Shown here one piece after another: positions 1 to 5,478 of a stretch of 46,296 bases of DNA. Within the stretch, counting starts at the first letter, position 1. Each line of letters opens with the position of its first letter. The position numbers were made by a program, and so were the translations under genes. The notes under the pieces are model-generated. The model had not been told where the DNA came from. It searched no databases and worked only from the letters and a program-made list of their open reading frames with translations. The stretch covers positions 1 through 46,296 of the forward strand of contig JAYVXU010000021.1 in NCBI GenBank assembly GCA_043784925.1. The letters run 5' to 3'. Source of the stretch: Candidatus Adlerbacteria bacterium. GTDB taxonomy: Bacteria; Patescibacteriota; Minisyncoccia; Phycocordibacterales; SBAW01.

Positions 1-2
1 AC

Positions 3-107
3 AAAGGAAAGGCAACCGTCGCATACCGCATTCAGATCTCGGACCTTCAGGAAGCAGGTAACGACTACACCAACACCTTGACGTACGTTGCGACGCCTAA
101 GTTTTAA
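3..107 (+). CDS. 3' end of a CDS that starts upstream of the window; possible cell-surface (WxL-like?) protein C-terminus
   Basis: Frame 3 is open from the window edge to TAA at 105-107 and reads KGKATVAYRIQISDLQEAGNDYTNTLTYVATPKF*. The beta-strand-like C-terminus and the DUF916-like gene immediately downstream suggest a surface protein. The functional guess is weak. Confidence 0.35.
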   Translation, partial: KGKATVAYRIQISDLQEAGNDYTNTLTYVATPKF

Positions 108-234
108 ATAAAGGCAGCTCATGTATTATCCACAATCACTCTATTTCTGATTGAGAAGAGTGCTACCCTAATAGAGAAATCGAAGTGATTATTACCGCAA
201 AGCATGGTACAGTTTGGTTATAATATAAGAACAT

Positions 235-1320
235 ATGAACATTTTTTTTAGAAGGGCTGCAAAAGTTGTAACTGGAGCTTGCTTACTTGTTCTTAGTGCA
301 TACGGGGCTCCACTCAGTCATGCACAAACCGCAATTGGCTTGCAGCTCAAACCAGCCGTAGTCGAAGACCAAGTAAATCCGGGTGAAGACCATCAGTACT
401 CACTTTCGGTGACTAATGTGAGCAAAATACAAACAACTTTGTATATTCTTGCAGAGGACATCAAAGGTCTAGATAGCCAAGGTAGGCCAATATTTTCCTC
501 CCCCGGAGAAGTAACAGGGTACGAGCTCAGTTCTTGGATTACTCTCCCTGTAACAACCCTCATCTTGGCTCCCGGAGAAGTAAAAAATATGCCATTTTCT
601 GTTCGAGTCCCGACAGGTGCCACTCCGGGCTCCCATTTTGCTAGTATATTTTTTAGTGATAAACCAGTGGCACCAACAACCTCCGGTACCGGGGTCGGGT
701 TTAACATAGGCGCCATAGTGAGTTTGCGTATATCAGGAGACATACAAGAAGAAGCGCAGCTTCGTGAATTTTCAACTAATAAACTTATCTATTCCTCGGC
801 TGATGTGCAATTTATATCTAAAGTTCAAAACCTGGGTAATGTACTAGTACAGCCAACAGGAGTAATTCAGGTGACCAGCATGTTTGGTCATGAGGTTGCA
901 AATATTCCCGTCAACGAAACACTGGCGTCAGTATTTCCAAAGGCTGACCGGTCCTATACTTCACAGTGGAAGTCTGATGGATTTGCATTCGGTCGCTACC
1001 AAGCAATAGTAAGTCTTGTATACGGCACTGATGGTCGAAAAACTATCTACAGTACGACCTCTTTTTGGATTTTGCCTTTGGTGCCGATTCTTATTATTGG
1101 AGGAGTTCTTATAGGCATTTTGATACTCGCGTATTCTCTGATGAAGATATATATTCGAATACAACTCAAGAGTATGGGAGTGTCTCGCGTTAGCAAAGCT
1201 GACACGGACTTCTATAAAAAGAAATATCAAAAATCAAACTCGAGCCTTGTTGTCGTCACCATAGCGGTGCTGCTCATATGTATTGTCTTTCTTGTCCTTA
1301 TGTTTGTATTGTTTGCCTAA
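235..1320 (+). CDS. Secreted, membrane-anchored cell-surface protein, DUF916/DUF3324-like (CscA-like)
   Basis: 361-aa ORF. It has an N-terminal signal peptide (ACLLVLSAYGAPLSHAQT) and Ig-like segments (YSLSVTNVSK...TLYI; PGEVKNMPFSVRVPTGATPGSHFASIFF). It has a hydrophobic span (WILPLVPILIIGGVLIGILILAY) and a second C-terminal TM. The architecture matches DUF916+DUF3324 anchors of Gram-positive WxL/Csc loci, judged by eye. Confidence 0.55.
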   Translation: MNIFFRRAAKVVTGACLLVLSAYGAPLSHAQTAIGLQLKPAVVEDQVNPGEDHQYSLSVTNVSKIQTTLYILAEDIKGLDSQGRPIFSSPGEVTGYELSSWITLPVTTLILAPGEVKNMPFSVRVPTGATPGSHFASIFFSDKPVAPTTSGTGVGFNIGAIVSLRISGDIQEEAQLREFSTNKLIYSSADVQFISKVQNLGNVLVQPTGVIQVTSMFGHEVANIPVNETLASVFPKADRSYTSQWKSDGFAFGRYQAIVSLVYGTDGRKTIYSTTSFWILPLVPILIIGGVLIGILILAYSLMKIYIRIQLKSMGVSRVSKADTDFYKKKYQKSNSSLVVVTIAVLLICIVFLVLMFVLFA

Positions 1321-1336
1321 GTAGGGAAGGAGTTCT

Positions 1337-1738
1337 ATGCAAAAACGAGTCGGATATATAAACGCAAGTGGGCTCGCACTTTCAGCCCTTTTGTTTATGT
1401 ACTTTGCAGTAACCACAACGCCAACGTCTCTTCGTCATAGTACCCAAACCCTGCTTTCTGCCGTTGGCGTCACGATCGGAGTATCTTCTAACCCTTACAA
1501 CGAAGTTGCAAAAGAATTAAGTGATAAGGAAAATAAACTTACTCAACAAGAACAAGCAATGGCACAGCGAGAAAGTGCGTGGTCCAATCGTCCTCGCATA
1601 TTTGGTATTGATCTTAGTTTCTATAGTTTTGGGATGAGTATGATTTTATTTGTATTAGTACTTATTAACTTCTCCCAAAATTTGCGTCGAAAAGGGCGAC
1701 CTATAAACTCTCAGAAACTTTCCATAGATCTACGGTAA
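1337..1738 (+). CDS. Small membrane protein (N- and C-terminal TM segments with a central coiled-coil-like region), function unknown
   Basis: 133-aa ORF preceded by a good SD (GGAAGGAG at 1324-1331). Hydrophobic segments lie at both ends, with a charged KELSDKENKLTQQEQAMAQRE centre. Confidence 0.6.
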   Translation: MQKRVGYINASGLALSALLFMYFAVTTTPTSLRHSTQTLLSAVGVTIGVSSNPYNEVAKELSDKENKLTQQEQAMAQRESAWSNRPRIFGIDLSFYSFGMSMILFVLVLINFSQNLRRKGRPINSQKLSIDLR

Positions 1739-1757
1739 GATACATACAGAAAAGAAT

Positions 1758-3422
1758 ATGCGAAAATATTTACTTATCCTTATATTTTTTTTCGCTACAA
1801 CAGGGGTAGTGCACGCAAATGTTTTGAGCCAAGTTAGCGACCTGCTCTCTACCTCTGCTCCCGGGAGTCCTGCTAATCACACAATTCAATTTACTGTCCC
1901 GCATACCATACCTCCCTCAGGAACTATTGTTGTCAAATTTCAAAGTGGAGCTTTTACAATTCCTTCAGGTTTTGACTATACCGACGTAGACTTTGCAGTT
2001 TGGGATGGAAGTGTCTACGTGGATCGACCACTCGCAGCTGTTTCCGATGCAACAAACGACGGGGTCGCTGTTGTTTCGGGAAGTAGTGGTGTTATTACCG
2101 TATCTCTTTCATCAACCTCGGGTATACCAGCTGGAAGTCAGGTGCAACTACGTCTTGGATTGCACGCGGTATTTGGCGACGTACCACAAAGTGCAATTAG
2201 TAATCCTAGTCTTGTAAAATCATATTCGATCAGTCTTGTAACAACGGATGACTCTGGAATCCAGCTAGATTACGGTACAGCGATGATAGCAGTAGTGAGC
2301 CCTGTTACTTTGAACGTACCACTTAAAAACGTTGCACCAATTCCTACAAATTTGCGGCCAGGTGGTGAATTGGCTGCAGGAACGAGATCCATTGAGCTAA
2401 CGCTTGAAACCGATAGGACGTCAACATGCAAATATTCACTCACTCCCAATACTGCGTACGCAAGTATGACCCAATCCTTTTCGCCTCGTCAAGGGACTTT
2501 TTTCTATACGGTGTTAAGTGGGTATACGGATGGAACTTCCTATAACTACTATGTGCGCTGTGTAGGTACGCAAGGGGCTGTCGATACCCAAGACTACCCG
2601 CTTAGTTTTTCCCTTAAAGGTACCCCTATATCTCACACCTCTGTTACATTACCCGGTCAGATTATTGGGTCAGGAGATGTGCCAAATGGAAGTATGGTCT
2701 TGTATGAATCATCGGCACAGTTGTCGGGGCTTACTTCTCCTCTAAGTTCGATCAAAATAGTACAAGATGGAAAGGATTTGTTTACAGTTCAATCCGGGGC
2801 TGACGGTGCATTTCAAGCAGCTATTACCAGGCTCGAACGTGGTACGTATACCTTTACTATGTATTCTATAGATTCAAAACAAAGAAAGTCCGCTCCCTAT
2901 TCGGCAACTATGGCGATTGGGGCGGGTACGAGCAATACTATTTCAAACATTGTGTTACCCCCAACTCTAGCTTTAGAGGGTGACCAAGTTCCTATTGGTT
3001 CAAAAATTCATGTGTTTGGCGAAGCAACACCCAATAGCGTGATTGCAGTCACGATCACCCCCAAACCTGATACCGCGCACGAATCAAAAGTATATGCTGC
3101 AACTACCAGTGCAGCGGGCATCTGGGACTTTGCTACCAGTGCTCCTAAAAAAGGCACCTATGGTGTGAGAGCTCGACAAAAAATTGCTTCGGCCGAAAGT
3201 GATTTTACAAATTACGCATATATTGGGGTGGGGCAAAGTCCGTCCGTGCCAGCGTCCTCAGCCTCGCAGTCCGACATTAACGGTGATGGCAAAGTAAACT
3301 TAATCGATTTTTCGATCTTGCTTTCTGCCTGGGGAACGAGTAAAGCCAACTGTGACTTAAATAATGATGGTACGGTCAATCTTGCAGACTTTAGTATTCT
3401 GCTATTTAATTGGACAGGATAG
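1758..3422 (+). CDS. Secreted surface protein with a C-terminal type-I dockerin-like duplicated Ca-binding repeat
   Basis: 554-aa ORF with a signal peptide (LLILIFFFATTGVVHA). The C-terminal 50 aa carry two EF-hand-like dockerin repeats, DINGDGKVNLIDFSILLSAW and DLNNDGTVNLADFSILLFNW (about nt 3270-3419). Confidence 0.75.
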   Translation: MRKYLLILIFFFATTGVVHANVLSQVSDLLSTSAPGSPANHTIQFTVPHTIPPSGTIVVKFQSGAFTIPSGFDYTDVDFAVWDGSVYVDRPLAAVSDATNDGVAVVSGSSGVITVSLSSTSGIPAGSQVQLRLGLHAVFGDVPQSAISNPSLVKSYSISLVTTDDSGIQLDYGTAMIAVVSPVTLNVPLKNVAPIPTNLRPGGELAAGTRSIELTLETDRTSTCKYSLTPNTAYASMTQSFSPRQGTFFYTVLSGYTDGTSYNYYVRCVGTQGAVDTQDYPLSFSLKGTPISHTSVTLPGQIIGSGDVPNGSMVLYESSAQLSGLTSPLSSIKIVQDGKDLFTVQSGADGAFQAAITRLERGTYTFTMYSIDSKQRKSAPYSATMAIGAGTSNTISNIVLPPTLALEGDQVPIGSKIHVFGEATPNSVIAVTITPKPDTAHESKVYAATTSAAGIWDFATSAPKKGTYGVRARQKIASAESDFTNYAYIGVGQSPSVPASSASQSDINGDGKVNLIDFSILLSAWGTSKANCDLNNDGTVNLADFSILLFNWTG

Positions 3423-3425
3423 TAT

Positions 3426-3983
3426 ATGAAAAAACGACTACATCTACTGATTAAAATAATTAAAAAAGTTTCTTTGCGCACCTATTTTCAGATAGCAGGT
3501 GTGCTCGTGGTAGTACTTATTGTGGCTCTCATTATTAAAGCGCATACTCCGCGTCCGGGCACCGTTGCTTTTACGCACGAATACAAAGTTTCTCTTTTTG
3601 ATTATTCTGGACATGAAGTGCGATTTGATTCTTTTACTCAAAAAGCGCTGGTAGTATTTTTCTGGGCATCGTGGTGCCCTTATTGTAAGGCGGAGTTAAC
3701 TCATTTAGGAGAGTTAAAAGCACAGTATGGAGACAAAATTCAAATTTTAGCGGTAAACAGGGGAGAGTCTCTCAGTGATGCTAAAACATTTTCGGATTCC
3801 TTACTATTGCCGCCGGGAGTGCTTTTGCTGTTAGACCCTAATGACGGATTATTTAAACAACTGCAAGGGTATGCCGTACCCGAAACTATTTTTGTAAATA
3901 GTCGAGGCGAACAAGTCGTTCATCAACGAGGCCCAATGAAACCCGAAGAGGCAGACCAGGCTATACAAAAGATTTTGCAGTAG
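3426..3983 (+). CDS. Membrane-anchored thioredoxin-fold thiol:disulfide oxidoreductase (TlpA/ResA/redoxin family)
   Basis: 185-aa ORF with an N-terminal TM (YFQIAGVLVVVLIVALII). It has the CxxC motif in typical context (VVFFWASWCPYCKAEL) and the cis-Pro region YAVPETIFV. Confidence 0.8.
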   Translation: MKKRLHLLIKIIKKVSLRTYFQIAGVLVVVLIVALIIKAHTPRPGTVAFTHEYKVSLFDYSGHEVRFDSFTQKALVVFFWASWCPYCKAELTHLGELKAQYGDKIQILAVNRGESLSDAKTFSDSLLLPPGVLLLLDPNDGLFKQLQGYAVPETIFVNSRGEQVVHQRGPMKPEEADQAIQKILQ

Positions 3984-4038
3984 GGCGGGTAATAGTAGCC
4001 TATAACAAAAGGGGATTGTGGTGTAATGTACAAATATC

Positions 4039-4237
4039 GGGCATGTGGCGGAACTGGACTACTTAAAGTGTTCTGAATTGAGTGGGCGTGTGGCGGAATC
4101 TGGTATACGCGTACGTCTCAGAAGCGTATCCCTTACGGGTTGGGAGTTCGAGTCTCCCCACGCCCACTCAGTTCAGAATGGCGTCGTCTCAGAAGCGTAT
4201 GGAGTAATCCTTGGGAGTTCGAGTCTCCCCATGCCCA
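4039..4237 (+). pseudogene. Interrupted tRNA-Leu(CAG)-like gene: 5' part at 4039-4062 and 3' part at 4181-4237, split in the D-arm by an insert of about 118 nt that contains a complete tRNA
   Basis: The 5' part GGGCATGTGGCGGAACTGGACTAC and the 3' part GCGTCGTCTCAGAAGCGTA..GGGAGTTCGAGTCTCCCCATGCCCA align to the inner tRNA. They have their own complementary acceptor halves, GGGCATG/CATGCCC. The anticodon-stem 5' strand lacks 1 nt (GTCGT versus TACGT), so only 3 bp pair. Confidence 0.45.
4084..4166 (+). tRNA. tRNA-Leu (anticodon CAG), class II with a long variable arm; CCA not encoded
   Basis: Manual cloverleaf: acceptor GGGCGTG/CACGCCC; D-arm GCGG-AATCTGGTAT-ACGC; anticodon stem TACGT/GCGTA with loop CTCAGAA. 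The variable arm is TCCCTTACGGGTT, the T-arm is GGGAG-TTCGAGT-CTCCC, and the discriminator is A. Confidence 0.85.
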
Positions 4238-4371
4238 CAATGATTCGCAAAGACGGCTGGGTGCCGTCTGCGCGAAGTATCATTGTGCGTGCCGGGGGAG
4301 ACGAGAAGGCCGCAGGCGCGTCGGCGCCGAGGTGGGGTCGCGCAAATTTTTAGCAAAAAATTATGTGTGAC

Positions 4372-4390
4372 CGAGTCTCCCCATGCCCAC
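4372..4390 (+). repeat. Orphan 19-nt copy of the tRNA-Leu 3' end (att-core-like direct repeat)
   Basis: CGAGTCTCCCCATGCCCAC at 4372-4390 is identical to 4220-4238 and differs at 1 nt from 4149-4167. No matching T-stem 5' half lies upstream of this third copy. Confidence 0.8.
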
Positions 4391-4391
4391 T

Positions 4392-4583
4392 AAAATAAGG
4401 AGCAAAGCGACTATATTTTAGTAGGGTGCCGCAAGTATATGCGGCCGAACGAAAATACAGTAGGGTGCCTCACTAAAAAGTGAGGCCGAACAGAAAATAA
4501 GGCGACAATATTTCTGTCTGCACTCAAAAGTGTGACGAGGCGTCATGTGCCGCAAGTATATACAGAAGCGACAGAAAAATAAC
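4392..4583 (+). repeat. Irregular tandem array of short hairpin-containing repeats
   Basis: There are two units of about 40 nt: AGTAGGGT-GCCGCA(agtata)TGCGGC-CGAACGAAAATA at 4420-4458 and AGTAGGGT-GCCTCAC(taaaaa)GTGAGGC-CGAACAGAAAATA at 4459-4499. The motif AAAATAAGG..GCGAC..ATATTT recurs at 4392-4419 and 4494-4515. A partial GTGCCGCAAGTATATA copy lies at 4548-4563. Confidence 0.6.
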
Positions 4584-4676
4584 AAGCATGTTCTAATATC
4601 CGGAAAATTGGGTGGGTGATGAGAAGACTCTTGAACTTCCTAAAAAGCCTTATTTTGTGGCCCCTCTTGACATTAA

Positions 4677-4705
4677 TTGACAAATATTGTATTTGGGTGC
4701 ATACT
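4677..4705 (+). promoter_or_regulatory. Candidate sigma70-like promoter for the glycine-zipper peptide gene
   Basis: TTGACA at 4677-4682, a 17-nt spacer, then CATACT at 4700-4705. A second TTGACA lies at 4667-4672. The ATG at 4711 is only 5 nt past the -10 box, which implies a leaderless or near-leaderless mRNA. Confidence 0.3.
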
Positions 4706-4710
4706 TAAAG

Positions 4711-4983
4711 ATGAAACTGATCTTTAACGCTCTGGAGGACGACATGTTTACTTTTGCCCATGCTGGCGTCGGTGTCTTTACTGGTGTTGGCATAATGATT
4801 GGCGTCGGCGCATTTGTCGGTGTTGGCGTGCATCTCGGCTTGAATGTTGACAGTCCTGTTGGTGCAGGCGTCATGGTCGGCCCTGGCATCATGATTGGTG
4901 CTGGAGTTTTCACAGGCGTCGGCATCGTCATCGGTATCAAAGTCGGCCTTTGGTGGCCGAAGAAGTCAGAAGCAGTGTCGTAG
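4711..4983 (+). CDS. Small glycine-zipper hydrophobic protein with GxGxxxG repeats, function unknown
   Basis: 90 aa counted from ATG 4711 (the ORF track starts at TTG 4687). Two Gly/Val/Ile-rich blocks, GVGVFTGVGIMIGVGAFVGVGVHLG and GAGVMVGPGIMIGAGVFTGVGIVIGIKVG, are separated by NVDSP. The unit is bracketed by the promoter-like element and a rho-independent terminator on this strand. Confidence 0.45.
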   Translation: MKLIFNALEDDMFTFAHAGVGVFTGVGIMIGVGAFVGVGVHLGLNVDSPVGAGVMVGPGIMIGAGVFTGVGIVIGIKVGLWWPKKSEAVS

Positions 4984-4992
4984 TCATCTACC

Positions 4993-5040
4993 AACCGCCC
5001 ACTGAAAGCCTCACGGCTTCGGTTGGGCGGTTTTCTTTTT
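4993..5040 (+). terminator. Rho-independent terminator
   Basis: The outer stem AACCGCCC (4993-5000) pairs with GGGCGGTT (5025-5032). The inner stem is AAGCC/GGCTT, and a T-run TTTTCTTTTT follows. Confidence 0.7.
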
Positions 5041-5134
5041 ACTTTCCTCGAGGAAACTGTTTTTCGATTTCTTCCAAAACTCTTTTTTCAACCTCCTTAA
5101 GTGCTCTACGTACTCATTTGCATCTTTTACCTAC

Positions 5135-5362
5135 ATGAATGAAGTTAAAGGCTCGCACTCTGTTGAAGTGATTTATTTTGCAACTTTTGTAAGTCCGATT
5201 GAGAATATCCAAATCAACCCTGAAGATCATTCCAGATTTGAGTGGATTGAGGAAAATAGTCTGGAAAAGATATATACAGAGAATAAACGAGGCGATGATC
5301 CTGAAATCAAAGCATTGCGAAAAGGTTTCGCACTTTTATCGGGTAAGTCGCTAGAATTTTAA
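5135..5362 (+). pseudogene. Possible C-terminal remnant of a Nudix-family gene (no Nudix box present)
   Basis: The 75-aa ORF (..VEVIYFATFVSPIENIQINPEDHSRFEWIEENSLEKI..) resembles the post-Nudix-box part of Nudix hydrolases, including the paralog at 6172-6672 (..PQYNPDDFTEAFWLTPQELLRRI..). No upstream frame supplies the N-terminal half. Confidence 0.3.
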
Positions 5363-5478
5363 AAATAAACTATGCGGTAATCAGCAGTATTAAATGTTGA
5401 TGTAGTGAAGGAACCCACGCACATACCATTAAAAACAAAGGTAAAATGAGGATCCAACTAGTATGATATTATTTTGAT

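Noticed and set aside
393-1416. Short antisense or alternate-frame ORFs within the first surface-protein gene (393-743, 961-1230, 1234-1416). Similar 60-150-aa shadow ORFs occur throughout the track.
   Set aside because: Each is embedded in a longer ORF on the opposite strand or in another frame that has clear family motifs or signal/TM architecture. They are typical shadow ORFs.
1758-3422. Reading the dockerin-bearing protein as part of a cellulosome.
   Set aside because: The protein and the window contain no glycoside hydrolase, CBM or cohesin/scaffoldin. Dockerin-like repeats occur widely outside cellulosomes.
4045-4370. Two overlapping plus-strand ORFs from the track: 4045-4353 (102 aa) and 4140-4370 (76 aa).
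   Set aside because: They run straight through the tRNA-Leu gene, its duplicated parts and the GC-rich structured insert. Their sequences are Arg/Gly/Ser-rich read-through of RNA structure, with no start context. I treat them as spurious.
4392-4583. Possible CRISPR array, given repeated ~40-nt units with palindromic cores.
   Set aside because: There are only two full units. The 'repeat' part varies while the flanks are conserved, which is the opposite of CRISPR. There is no regular repeat-spacer periodicity, and the window has no cas genes.
4650-4994. Minus-strand 114-aa Pro/Thr-rich ORF that mirrors the glycine-zipper gene.
   Set aside because: It is the reverse-complement artefact of a GNN/GNC-rich repeat. 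The promoter-like boxes and the T-run terminator are oriented for the plus strand. It cannot be fully excluded without comparative or expression data.
5041-5130. Minus-strand mini-ORF preceded by AAGGAGG, reading LKKEFWKKSKNSFLEESKKK...
   Set aside because: The SD-like sequence abuts a TTG with zero spacing. The ORF is about 26 codons and runs into the terminator hairpin of the opposite strand. There is no supporting evidence.
4039-5400. Intact integrative element or prophage at the tRNA-Leu site.
   Set aside because: No integrase, excisionase or phage or conjugation gene lies between or beside the tRNA 3'-end repeats. The repeats enclose only 133 nt. At most this is a decayed scar or a miniature element.
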